Below are positions 50,904 to 63,310 of a stretch of 64,000 nucleotides of DNA, one piece after another. The notes beneath the pieces were generated by a model. That model was given only the letters and a program-made list of their open reading frames with translations. It searched no databases and was not told the DNA's origin. The stretch lies in assembly GCF_006345805.1 (NCBI RefSeq), contig NC_043002.1:39370001-39434000 (forward strand), given 5' to 3'. The position numbers and the translations under genes are program-made. The DNA is from Octopus sinensis (Eukaryota). The first letter of the stretch is position 1. Every line of letters begins with the position of its first letter.

Positions 50904-51031
50904 TGTATGTATGTGTGTATATATATATGTGTGTGTGTGTGTGTATGATGTATGTATATATATATATATATATATATTTCATTTTGGGATTTGGTTTGCA
51001 AGATTCTTTATGTGAGTTTGTGTGTTGAAGC

Positions 51032-51245
51032 ATATTTTGTTGTCTGGAGAAAGTAATTCTCTTTTTGTACCTTATTATTTAACACTCACTGGTTCAGTTT
51101 CTATTCATTTACTTTTTAATTTTTTTTTCTAAAATTTTCAAGATGCAACGAAAATTTTAGAAAAAAATGAAGAAATAAATGAGTGGAAACTGAACCAGTG
51201 TGTGTGTTAAATAATAAGGCACTAAAAGAGAATGACTCCCCAGAC

Positions 51246-51255
<10 letters not shown>
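51032..51255. repeat. imperfect fold-back palindrome (~105-bp arms)
   Basis: 51032-51139 versus 51150-51255; lies within a segment bounded by (TA)n. Confidence 0.85.
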
Positions 51256-51286
<31 letters not shown>

Positions 51287-51594
51287 CATATATATATATT
51301 TATTTATTTATTTATTCTATTTTTTAATATTTTTTATATTCTTTTCTCATTTCTGTGTATATTATTTTGTATGTATACTTGTAAGAAAAAATTTTTTTGG
51401 TATTTAAACATCCTGTAAAACATACATTTTTCAATTTGAAAATGGCTACCTGGAGTTTGAAACTCATATCAGAGTAACTCACTGTAAACATTATTAGTAA
51501 GATTAAAATAAAAATTATCCCCTCGAAAAAGCCATCTCTACTCATACTTTCAAATTTATATGATACTGTACCAACAACTTTCTCTTCATTATTC

Positions 51595-51661
<67 letters not shown>

Positions 51662-52621
51662 CATAAAATGCATCCAATCCACATTGTAAAGTGGTTGGTA
51701 TTTAGAAAGGCATCCAGCTGTTAAAATCATGGCAAAGCAGACCTTGCTAGTCCTTATTTCTTTACTACCCACAAGGGGCTAAACACAGAGAGGACAAACA
51801 AGGACAGACAAACGGATTAAGTCGATTATGTCGACCCCAGTGCGTAACTGGTACTTAATTTATCGACCCTGAAAGGATGAAAGGCAAAATTGACCTCGGC
51901 GGAATTCAAACTCAGAACGTAACGGCAGACGTAATACAGCTAAGCATTTCGCCCAGCGTGCTAATGTTTCTGCCAGCTCTCCGCCACATACTGGCGCCAC
52001 ATAAAAAGGACTCAGGTCACTCTGTAAGGTGGTTGGCATTTGGAAGGGCATCTAGCTGTAAGAAACATGCCAAAATAGACAATGCCAGTGCTGGTGTTTA
52101 TGTAAAGTTTATTGAGGCAACATAACTTGCTGAAAATGCCAATTCTATTTTTGTTGTAGATATTTGACTTCATTACCAGAATAACCATGAAATATAATTT
52201 CACAGTTAATATAGAACTGGAACTAAGCTTTGATGTGTATAAATCCTTCAAAGGTCTTTGAATTATAACCTTTAATTTTATTGAAATCATCTATTTTCCT
52301 TTGTTTTTGTACACACAAGGTCTCAGACAGACAAATGCTACCTCCATAACGAACTAAGAGAAAAGTCACTGAGAAGGTTGCAAATAGTCACGAAAGAGCT
52401 TTGACAAACAAAAACAAATAAATGACTTACTGTTTAACCAAGTTAAACAAATAATCAATTAGTTAGTTGGATATATAACAAATTGACTAATAATAAAGGA
52501 GTGGAATTGAACCAGTGTGTGTGTTAATAATATTGGCATAATGACCCTCTGTAGTCACAACAAAATTTATTTCAATATTTATTTTTAAATTTTCATTATC
52601 TTTAAACAATTTATTTTATAG

Positions 52622-52697
52622 CTGTGGAATGATGGTCACAAATGGATTTGAGGATTATGCTGGTGGTGTGTACAAAGAATATAATAAAGCAATAATG
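52622..52697 (+). CDS. CTSZ: cathepsin Z/X exon 5
   Basis: ttttatag acceptor. Encodes (S)CGMMVTNGFEDYAGGVYKEYNKAIM, containing the papain YxGGxY motif. gtatgt donor, phase 0. Confidence 0.93.
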
Positions 52698-54874
52698 GTA
52701 TGTATTCACTTTTGATTTTCTTTTTGTTTGTTTTTTTTTTCTATATTTCATTGATTTTAAAACTTGAATGATTATTAAGATATATTTTGTTCTTTGTTGG
52801 AGTGAAAATACTCCTTTTTCAAGTAGAATATTCTGGTTTTGTATTATTTTGCACATAGCAATGATTATATCGCACTAGTCATTATCACAAAATACATTTT
52901 TCCTATCAGGAAGGTCTTTGATATAAAGTGAATGAGCTAAAACGAGAAAAAGACACAAGAGGGACAAGTTTTAAGAATGTTATTAGTATAATGCTTGAAA
53001 GGAAAATGCTGTAACAAATAGCTTCTTAGATTCTCAACCAAGATTAGAAACCTAGCCCAGATTTTTCTACAAGTTCCTTCCTATTGTTCTCAGCTTTTGC
53101 ACTAAGAAATTTATGAGTGTTAGCTGTTAACCTGTAACTTTTCAAGTCAAACTTAGGTCAGGCAAACAGGAGATGGAAAATCCTTTGTTAAGCTTGATCC
53201 AATTTAGTTAGAAAAAATATAAATACGGAACCCAAATTTGGGTCTATCTTTTTTTGCTTGGCCCCTAGCCAAAAGGAGAACTTCATATGTATGGCTTGTC
53301 ACCATGTGACTACACAACTTTTTTTTACTCATTCTCCCTCCTTTTTACATGTTTTTCCAGCAGTCACTCACAGATAATCTATCCACAAGATGGACTATAG
53401 AGCTGAAAATAATCATTGTGCAACAACAACTTGAAGAAGTTGTATCTGAAACTGTAATGATAAAATAAAGGCCATTGCTACTAACAATATTTTCTTACAG
53501 AAATGGGTTGGCCATGTATTTATGCTTATAAAACATTACATTCTGGTGACCCCAGCATAATAGAATGTAACATTTTATATGTAACAAATTAATGACAGAT
53601 ACTGTAGCTGCATGGGTCAAACAAATTTTACTGAGGAAGATTTTTGACAACCAGATGCCCTTTCTGTTGTCAACCCTCACCTATTTCCAAGCAAGATTAT
53701 ATTTCCTCATGGTCAGACATGCTCTCACAGGATACTGGAAATGAATGACAATTATCACACAGTGTCAAGAACACACACACACACACAACAGGCTTCCACA
53801 CAATTTCCGTGTACCAAATCCACTCACAAAGTTCTGGTTGACCTGGGGCTATATTACAAGATACATGCCCAAGGTACCATATAGTGAGACTGAACTTGAC
53901 ACCATGTGGTTGGGAAGCAACCTTCTTAGCAGTACATTCATACCTGGCCTATAGCCACATCTGCGCTTATCACAGAAAAAAAATTCAAGATTGTTTTAGT
54001 ATGAATTCAATGTCAAGTTTGGTATTTTGTAAATGAGCATTTGACTGTAATTATACTTTTGCCTATCATGTATATTACATATGATACACAGGAAATATTT
54101 CCCTGGTGTCTATACATCATATATGACACACATTACCACTGTTTTTCAACTATCAAAATAACTTGGGATTTACGAAAGGAAAGTTTTATAGGCATACGAG
54201 TGGCTGTGTGGTAAGTAGCTTGCTTACCAACCACTTGGTTCCGGGTTCAGTTCCACTGCGTGGCACCTTGGGCAAGTGTCTTCTACTATAGCCTTGGGCT
54301 GACCAAAGCCTTGTGAGTGGATTTGGTAGACGGAAACTGAAAGAAGCTCATTTTATATATGTGTTGTGTGTGTGTTTGTGTGTCTGTGTTTGTCCCCCCA
54401 ACATCGCTTGACAACTGATGCTGGTGTGTTTACATTCCTGTAACTTAGTGGTTCAGCAAAAAAGACCAATAGAATAAGTACTAGGCTTTCAAAGAATAAG
54501 TCCTGGGGTCGATTTGCTTGACTAAAGGCGGTGCTCCAGCATGGCCACAGTCAAATGACTGAAACAAGTAAAAGAGAGTATTACTCAGAATGTATAAAAA
54601 ACAAGGGTTAACTTAAAGTCTGAAAACAAGCGTGAATGTTTAGAATAAACTTTTGAAAATGCTTCAGACAGGCAAAGGTTTTAAGGTGATCAGTAAGTAA
54701 AAGAAAGACAATCTCAATTCTATTTCTTTTACTGACTATCAGTCCTTTTCATTACTTCCTACCATAAACAAGAAACTGATTTTTTTCTTGATATTCACTT
54801 TTATGAATTATAGTTTTCTGTATAATTTCCATGAGACAGTGACACTAATTATATAATGTGATATTGTATTTCAG

Positions 54875-54967
54875 ATAAACCATATTATTTCCATTGTTGG
54901 CTGGGGAGTTGATAATAGCACTGGTATTGAATATTGGCTTGGCAGAAATTCCTGGGGATCATTTTGG
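54875..54967 (+). CDS. CTSZ: cathepsin Z/X exon 6 (catalytic His and Asn)
   Basis: tttcag acceptor. Encodes [31 protein letters not shown]. gtaaga donor. Confidence 0.97.
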
Positions 54968-56015
54968 GTAAGAAATTACAAATTTATTTCATACAAGTTA
55001 AATGCTTATTTTTATAATGTTGATTGAAACAACTATAGTTCATAGCTACTTCTTACTGGTCAATGGAAGTATGAAAAATGTGTACTTTGACCAAAGTCCA
55101 ACTCAAAAACTCGAAGAATAAATGGAATTGCTGCTTCCTGCTGATCTGGTCTGTCTTAGAGTTACCCATTATTATGGATGCCAATGCAACCAGCTGAGAG
55201 ATCAGTAGTCTGTGTTTTGTCAACACTCCTGAACTGTGGTCCATTGCCAACATATGAGTCAACCTCTAATAATATATCATGAGCAGTATCATTCATTGTT
55301 GTTGATGTAGTAGTAGTAGCAGCAGCAGCAGCCGTCCAAGAATTTGGACCTGGAGATCTCTATTTCCAGTGACTTTGAGGGCCACCTCCCAATGATGTTG
55401 GGCGTCATCGAAGAGCCCTCGACTACAACAAGACAACCAAAGTTTTTTTTTTTTTCCCAAGGTCTGGGGTCTCCTGCCCCTAAGTTCTAGATCATCACCT
55501 AATCACCCTTACTCGTCTTGTTGCTTAACAACAACAACAACAACAACAACAACAGCTGCAGCAGCAGTAAGTAGCTTGTAATAGTAAATTCAGTTTTTGC
55601 CATGGAGAAAAATCTGCTTTCATTGTCCACACCTGAATCCAGAGTGCTTGACACAGCAGAAACTGGAATTTTTAGTGCTGCCTCTCTAGATAACCTTGTT
55701 GATCCAAAAACGATAAGCTATCAAGTGTTCCATAAGTTTGAGTTATGTAAAAAACGAAAAAAGTGAAATGCTTTCTAAGTGTGTGTGTTGGTGCATGCGT
55801 GTGTGTGTGTGTGTATGTGCACATGTGCCTGCATCTGTATGTAAAGAACATAAGTTGCAATAACAACAGTCACTTTTAATGGTGATATCCTGTTCACACA
55901 AAGTTATGTTATTAACAAGAAGTGTATAAAAAGTATAAAAACTAATATACCATGTGTTTAGACCATTGCCAGACTATATGTTTTTCTATCAGGATAAAAA
56001 TACAATACTCGGATT

Positions 56016-56066
56016 TTTGTCAGTGAACAGGTCGCAGTCTTAAAGCAACGAAAATATTTTGACAAA
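56016..56066 (+). ncRNA. candidate hammerhead ribozyme with G3-C8 core covariation
   Basis: UUUGUCA-GUGAACA-G-GUCGC-agucuuaaa-GCAAC-GAA-AAUAUU-U-UGACAAA: 7-bp stem I and palindromic stem III. A decayed minus-strand copy lies at 45383-45433. Confidence 0.5.
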
Positions 56067-56539
56067 TTAAACTTAAATGTTGAAGTGAATCGAACAGCTT
56101 TTGTGTGTTTCTTAAATGGCTTACAAACACCTTCCATGCCGCAATTGTTTTCGTTTCAGCACACGATCTCAGATCAAATCACTTGCTATGCAAGTACATC
56201 TCTGTAAAAATACAATAATATTACAGAAAATATCAGAATAAAGATGCGGACAATTCAGCAGAAATCTATTGTGATAAGTAAAATATCCATCCATCCATCC
56301 ATCCATCCATCCATCCACCCCATCCAACCATTCATTCATCCATATTCTCTGCCCACTACTCTTGGGAGAGTCGTGGGGGAAGAGTCTTTAGGCACTACTT
56401 CCATAGAGTTCTATCAGAAACAGCCTTCATTACCGTTTCCAGCTGGATTTCTATGTGTGACCGACTGAGACTATAGATATTATCCAACCATCATGTTCTT
56501 GGATTACCTTTAAGTTTCCTATTAGTTAGCTCAGCTAGA

Positions 56540-56820
56540 ATCCTCACTTATGGCTGTGAATGCTGGGTAATGACCTCCTCGCCACCTCAAAAAAAAATTA
56601 CAATCTGAATACAAGTGTTCAAAATAGGGTTCTTTCAAAGGATCTCGAGGGTAATACTACTTGACAGGGTGGGTAGCTTGGAGCTCAGAAAGTCTTTTCA
56701 GATTGAGTTGCCACTCACTGCAATGAAAGGTCCACAGCTCCAGTACTACAGATGTGCGAGTAGAATGACATGGGAAAGAACTCCAAGATGGATTGTTTTA
56801 ACCATTCCAAGAAATTAAAA
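56540..56820 (+). mobile_element. old RTE-like LINE fragment
   Basis: YGCECW-like motif and FQRISRVILLDRVGSLELRKSFQIE..QLQYY..SRM. Confidence 0.5.
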
Positions 56821-57371
56821 TATCAGGAATTATAAAATCTCTGTTTTTTTTTTGTTTTTTTTTTGTTAGAATTAACTAGTTCTGAAAAGTCTAAAATTTT
56901 GGGAAAAGAATTAAAGTTTGTTGCTGCGGAGAAAAAGGCAAAAAAAAAAATAAATAAAAGTTAGGTAATAACAGTCCTTCCTACAATAGGCACAAAGCCT
57001 GAAATTATGAGGGAAGGGGCTAGCCGATTACACCAACCCCATTGTTCAACTGACCAAAAGTCAACCTTGGTGAGGTTTGAACTCAGAACATAACAATAGA
57101 CAAAATTTCACAAAGCATTTGATCTGGAGTCCTGATTTTTAGGCTCAAGACCAGCAGATTTAGGGAAGGGGGTATGTCGATTACATTCAACCCCAGATTT
57201 TACCTGGTACTTATTTTATTGACCTTCCAAAAGGATGAAAAGCAAAGTTGACCTTGGAAGAATTTGAACTCAGAATGTAAAGGTGAATGAAATGCCACTA
57301 AGCATTTTGCCCAGCATGCCTATGATTCTGCTAGCTCACCACCTTAGATCAAATGATAATAATAATGATGA

Positions 57372-57731
57372 TACAGTTCTATATTTAAGAGAAGAGGAAT
57401 TATGTACATTATTTACATTCGACGGATATTTATCTTCATCTTGTTTGTTGTTAACACAACGTTTCAGTTGATAACCACTACACCATAGGCCCACGGGCCT
57501 ATGGTGTAGTGGTTAAGAGCATGGGCTACTAACCCCAAGTTTCCGATTTCGATTTCAAGCAACCTGAACAACAACAACAACAATAATAATAATAATAACA
57601 TCGAAAAATACCTTAGGAATGAGAACCCAGATTCGAAATGCCCCCAAGACACCTGAAGAAGGCCAAAACGTTGTGCTAACAACAAACAAGATGAGGACAA
57701 ATATCCATCAAATGTAAATAATGTACATAAT
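57372..57731. mobile_element. head-to-head inverted element: tRNA-like head + Penelope-type hammerhead tail
   Basis: Outer inverted repeats 57399-57464 / 57666-57731; inner perfect 21-bp hairpin 57472-57515; tRNA-like head from 57495; CTGAAGA at 57653. Confidence 0.6.
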
Positions 57732-58394
57732 GATAATGTTTCTGACATAGACACAAGACCAGATATCTGAGGGAGAGAAACAGTCGATTGTACCAACTCT
57801 AGTAGTTTACTGGCCCGTTATCTACCCTGGAAGAATGAAATATAAAGTTGATCTTAGTGAGATTTGAACTCAGAATGTGAAGAGCAGAAACAAATACTGT
57901 AAAGTATTTTATTTTTTCCAATGGAGATGAAGAATAGATTTACTTTATTTGATGGCATAAAAGATGCACGTGCATATTAGATGCATCTCTATTTCAGCAG
58001 GACATATTCAGAAAGAAATTTTGAAGGCATAAAAACATATAGTATTTATGCCTTCATAAGTGGTTTTTGAGACATTTTTTTTCCTGAAAAATATGGTTTT
58101 TATATGCCATCAAATACAGTGATAATTATATATTAAATACCACTAACAGCTAGATGATGGAGTGGTGACGACAATTATTTTTTTATGTGAAGCACAAAAA
58201 AAGAAAGAGAAAAAGAACTTAATGGCGGTTGCAAGGGAAATAACTCTTATTAAAAAAGTTTGGAATGTATTTCAAGGTTAAGGTTCTTGATGAGACTGTC
58301 TTTAATATATGTTGTCGAAATCTTTCTTTAGCCGTCTTTTCTTTGTACAATTTTTGTTATGGTCTATCGAAACCAACGTCAAATTGAATTCAAT

Positions 58395-58620
58395 ATCTCT
58401 ACATGCTTATAAAATAAAAAAAAAACAGCGCAGCATCCATAACTCGTATTTTTTCACACTCAGAATTGTCAACGCATGGAATAAGCTACCCATATCAACT
58501 GTTAGCTGTTAGGACACTGCATCCTTCAAAAATTCCATATTTTCCCCAAAATTCACCAAATCTACTTTTGACATCCTTATGCACTTTAAGCATTTTTGCC
58601 CTGCATGCTTACAATTCTGC
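58395..58620 (+). mobile_element. CR1-like LINE 3' fragment (opposite orientation to 60030-60500)
   Basis: HAYKIKK..YFFTLRIVNAWNKLPISTVSC*DTASFK. Confidence 0.7.
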
Positions 58621-60029
58621 AAGCTTGCTGAATATTGCTTTCAAATTTTGGTACAAGGCCAACAATTTCAGGTGAGGGCATAAGTCGATTACATCAACCC
58701 CAATGCTCAACTAACTATACTTATTTTATCGACCCCCAAGAGGATGAAAGGCAAAGCTGACCTCAGTGGCATTTGAAATCAGAACATAAAGCGCTGAAAG
58801 AAATGCCGCTAAGTATTTTGCCCGGCATATGAACAATTCTGAAGATGGCTGGATATTACCATACCAGTTAAGGTGGCGAGCTGACAGAAATGTTAGCACG
58901 GCAGGCGAAATGCTTAGCGGTATTTCGTCTGCCATTACGTTCTGAGTTCAACTTCCGCTGAGGTCGACTTTGCCTTTCATCCTTTTGGGGTTGATAAATT
59001 AAGTACCAGTTACGCACTGGGGTCGATGTAATCAACTTAATCCTTTTGTTTGTCCCCTCTATGTTTAGCCCCTTGTGGGCAATAAAGAAATATGAATATT
59101 ACCGTACTAGTTGCTTAGCAGCATTATATCTGTCTTTATGTTCTAAGTTCCAATTCTGCTGAGGTCAACTTTACCTTTCATCCTTTCCAAGCAATGAAAT
59201 AAGTACCAGTTGAGTACTGAGGTCAATATAATCAACTAGTCTCCTCCTGCAAAATTCATGCTTCTCTCTATTGTAGAAAGAATATTTCAGAGCATCAGAA
59301 AACATGATTTTCTTCTGTCATGTCTGTATGGTTAAGTAGCTTGCTTTGCAACCACATGGATTCAGATTCTGTCCCATTGTGCAGCACCTCAGGCATGTGC
59401 CTTTTGCTATAGCCTAGAGCTAATCAATGCCTTGTAAGTGGATTTGGTAGATGGAAACTATGTGGGAACCTGTCATATATGTATGTATATGTACATATTT
59501 ATGATTTCAATGGAGGCAATACCAGCGGAAAACTAGAGGAACATGACCTATTATCCAATAGAATATTCAGTATATATGTGCGCTTTCGTTGGACCTTAAT
59601 AAATCAATATAAAGTTCCAGATAATATAGCATTAAAACACTCAAGTATATGAACATATAAATATTTAATATTTAAAAATACGTAAATATTTTTAAATATT
59701 TTAAAAAATATTTAAAAATACGTTGGCATTATATATGTACATATACTCGTATGTGTGTTTTTGTACCCCCACCACATGACAACCAGTATTGGTTTGTATA
59801 TGTTCCTGTAACATAGTGGTTTAGCAAAAGGGACCAATTAAAAAAATATCAAACTTAAAAATAAGTCCTGGGATCAATTTATTCAACTAAACCCTTCAAG
59901 GCAGTGTTCTAGCATGGCCACTATCCAAAAGCTGAAAAAAAGTAAAGGATAAAAGATAGGATTGATGCACAAAACAACTGACTCAGGTGGTTTATTCTAT
60001 GTTATAAAATAATATAATAATGAAATATT

Positions 60030-60500
60030 ATACAGTGCTCAGGTGCACCACAACTTGTCAGAAAGTGCGTATAAAGTGTATGCAGTAATGTACTAATGTC
60101 TGGAAAGCGAACAACGTATGAGTCAGATACATGCTTGTGTGTGTATGGAGGGGAGGAAATCAGGTGTAGTGTTGGCGAATCTCAGAAAGCATGGAAGTTT
60201 TGAAGGATGCAGTGCTCCGACAACTAACAACCGATGCCGGCAGTTTGTTCCATGCTTCAGCAACTCTCAGCGTGAAAAAATGTTTCCTAAAGTCATGGGA
60301 GCTGTGCTGTTTTCTGACTTTGTAAATATGTCCACGGGTGCTAGACGGGTGGAGTTTGAAAAGGTGCTCAGAATTATTGTTTGTAAGATGGTTAATAATT
60401 TTATGGGTGTCTGCCAAGTCAGCTGCCAGACGTCGGAGTTTCAATGTGTCCATGCCCAGGGAAGTAAGGTGTTCAGAATATGGCAAATGCCTGATGGAGG
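60030..60500 (-). mobile_element. CR1-like LINE 3' end
   Basis: TLKLRRLAADL..HKII..STRGHIYKV..RKHFFTLRVAEAWNKLPASVVSCRSTASFK, the CR1/L2 ORF2 C-terminus. Confidence 0.88.
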
Positions 60501-60998
60501 GTATTCTTTTATGATAATCCTGAGCATGAAAAAATGTTTCTGAAAGTCATGGGTGCTGTACTGATGCTGCTGTTTCTTTTATAACATGACTAAGCCATGG
60601 AAAAGAAAAAGAAATAAAAAATAACATATAATTTGTGGTTAAACCCTTTATCATTTAAATTAGTCATATCAGGCCGAAATATTCTACCTATCAAATGTTC
60701 ATTTAAACTAGCCACATCAGGCCCCAAATACTCTACCTGTTAAATGTCGGGCACGCCCTCACTCACACCTACTCTACAATGTCGGTCTGAAAATAAATAA
60801 TCACATCATTGAAATCTTGAAGCTACAAGATAATTCATGATTAATTCCAAATCAGTGTGAATAAATAAGCATTTGATTTGACAGAATAATCTGAATGCCA
60901 AAACATTTAATGAGGAAAAGATAATTTTATTGACTCAGTAAAAAAAAGTTGTCAGGAAACTGATTTATCTTATTTTCATGACTTTCGTATACTTTCAG

Positions 60999-61115
60999 GG
61001 TGAACAAGGATGGTTCCGTATTGTAACAAGTGCCTACAAGAATGGTGGATCATCATACAATTTAGGAATTGAGTCACAGTGCAATTATGGTGACCCAATT
61101 ATCCCTAAAAATTAA
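60999..61115 (+). CDS. CTSZ: cathepsin Z/X exon 7 (terminal, stop TAA)
   Basis: ctttcag acceptor. Encodes [38 protein letters not shown], the typical cathepsin Z C-terminus ([14 protein letters not shown]...YNLxIE). Confidence 0.97.
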   Translation, partial: GEQGWFRIVTSAYKNGGSSYNLGIESQCNYGDPIIPKN

Positions 61116-61336
61116 AATCTTTTAACAAATTTCATTGGGTGTTACTAAAAATTAAATCCAAATATTTTCTTTTTTGAAATAATTAAACTTAAAAGCTTTA
61201 CTCTAAAAACTAATTAACATTTACTCACCGATGAGAATATCTATTTAAAAGTATTATTTATATAATTTTAATGTCCTCAGCATATTACATCGCCATATTA
61301 AAATATTAAAAGAGATTATAATTAAGACTTAATCAG

Positions 61337-61650
61337 AATAAAAATCTTTATTTATCAATAAACATTAAAAGCACAAACAGTGGAATATTTTTCAAATCCT
61401 AAATATACTCATTTTGATTTTAAAATACTAAGTGCTGTAAGTCTAAGTTTCATTACTTACATCATAAGAGCAAATCTAAGTTATGATGAAGAATTTTTGT
61501 CTTTATAATTCCTCAACCGAAAATGTGAGATTAAATTAGACATTATTTGTTAAAGAGATTATATTGTAAAAATTGAATAACACCATGACAAAATTTTTTG
61601 TAATTTTAAATAAAAAAGTTTTCTATGGTTTTTGTGTTATTCTTTTGATA
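61337..61650 (+). terminator. candidate polyadenylation signals of CTSZ
   Basis: AATAAA at 61337, 61357 and 61609. The last is followed by a GT/T-rich downstream element (ttctatggtttttgtgttattcttttg). Confidence 0.55.
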
Positions 61651-62109
61651 TTCAAATATTGTTTAAATGCAAGCATGACTGTGTAGTTAAGAAGTTTGCT
61701 TCCCATCCACATGGGCAGGTGTCTTCTAATAAAGATTCAGGACGACTGAAACTTTGTGATCAGATTTTGTAGATGGGAACCGAAAAAAATGCCTGTTGTG
61801 TGTGTCCATCCTTATCTTGGCATCGCATGATATTTGTAAATGAGTGTCAGTCATACTAGCTACATCATTCATTTCCAATATTCTACAAAGATATTTCTCC
61901 CTATAGTGGAAATGTTACTTTCCTTGGAAACAAATGATCATTGGCAATAAGATGGACATCCAGCTGTACAATATTTGCATCAATAAACCCTGTTCAAGCC
62001 ATGCAAGTATGAAAGAGTGGATGTTAAAACAATGATGATGATGATGTGTGTGTTTTTCTTCATGATTAAAATAAGCATCATTGATATATAGGAAGTTGAT
62101 TTCATTAAC

Positions 62110-63310
62110 TCATCATCATCGTTTAATGTCCGTTTTCCATGCTGGCATGGGTTGGATGGTTTGACTGGGGACTAGCAAGCCAGGAGGTCACACCAGGCCC
62201 CAATCTGATCTGGCAATGTTTCTACAGCTGGATACCCTTCCTAATGCCAACCACTCCGAGAGTGTAATGGGTGCTTTTTATGTGCTACTGGCACGGGAGC
62301 CAGTCAGGCGGCACTGGCATCAGTCATGTTTGGATGGTGCTTTTTATGTGCTACTGATACAGGAGCCAGTCAGGGCAGTGGGGCTGGCATCAACCACGTT
62401 TGGATGGTGCTTTTTACATGCCACCGGCACAGGGAGCCAGTTAAGCGGTATTGGCAACGACCCATGCATGAATGGTGCTTATTACATGCCACCAGCACAA
62501 AAGCCAGTCAAGCAGCACTGGCATTGACCACAACTACAATTTCCATTTTTGACTGTGATTTGATTTTTGATTTTACTTGACTCAATAGGTCTCCTCAACC
62601 ATGGAATGTCACCCGACGATTCAAAGGTACTTTTTAAAAGGGCTGGTTATGTGACACTGGTATAAACTACAGCTGTGATCTCACTTTACTTGCCGGGTTT
62701 TCTCAAACACAGCATATCTCCAGATGTCTCAGTCTGTAGTCATTGCCTTTGTGAGGCCCAACATTCAAAGGCCATGCTTCACCACCTCATCCCATGTCTT
62801 TCTGGGTCTCCCTCTTCCATGGGTTCCTTCCACTGTTTCACACATCTCCCCTCATCCATATGCAGCACATGACCATACCAGTGCAGTCATCTCTCTTGCA
62901 CACCACATCTGATACTTCTTATGTCCAACATTTCTCTCAGGGTGCATACACTCTGTCATGTGTGCACATTGACATCACACATCCAGCAGATCATATTAGC
63001 TTTATTTCTTTCAAGCCTATGCATACCTTCAGCAGTCATGGCCCATGTTTCACTGCCATGTAGCATAGCAGTTTGCACACATGCATCATACAATCTACCT
63101 TTCACTCTGAGCGAGAGGCCTTTGTCACCAGTAGAGGTAAGAGCTTTCTGACCTTTGAACTAGTAGCAATGCTGTCTTAACATCCATCCCCACTACAGAC
63201 TTGGTCACCTAGGTAGCGGAAGCTATCAACTACTTCTAGTTTCTTCCCCTGGCATGTGATGGAACCTGTTTTCTGAGCATCTGCAGTGTTTATTGCTCCT
63301 GTGCATCTTT
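62110..63310 (-). mobile_element. RTE-clade LINE 3' end, older copy
   Basis: Homologous to 46243-47293 and 44090-44960; (GAT)n tail at ~62110. Confidence 0.85.

Noticed and set aside
51430-51480. Degenerate hammerhead-like string TTGAAAA...GAAACTCATATCagag
   Set aside because: Too many core mismatches to call without a family consensus.
58285-58335. TTGATGA-gac...gtc-GAAA hammerhead-like string
   Set aside because: Stems I and III do not form convincingly.
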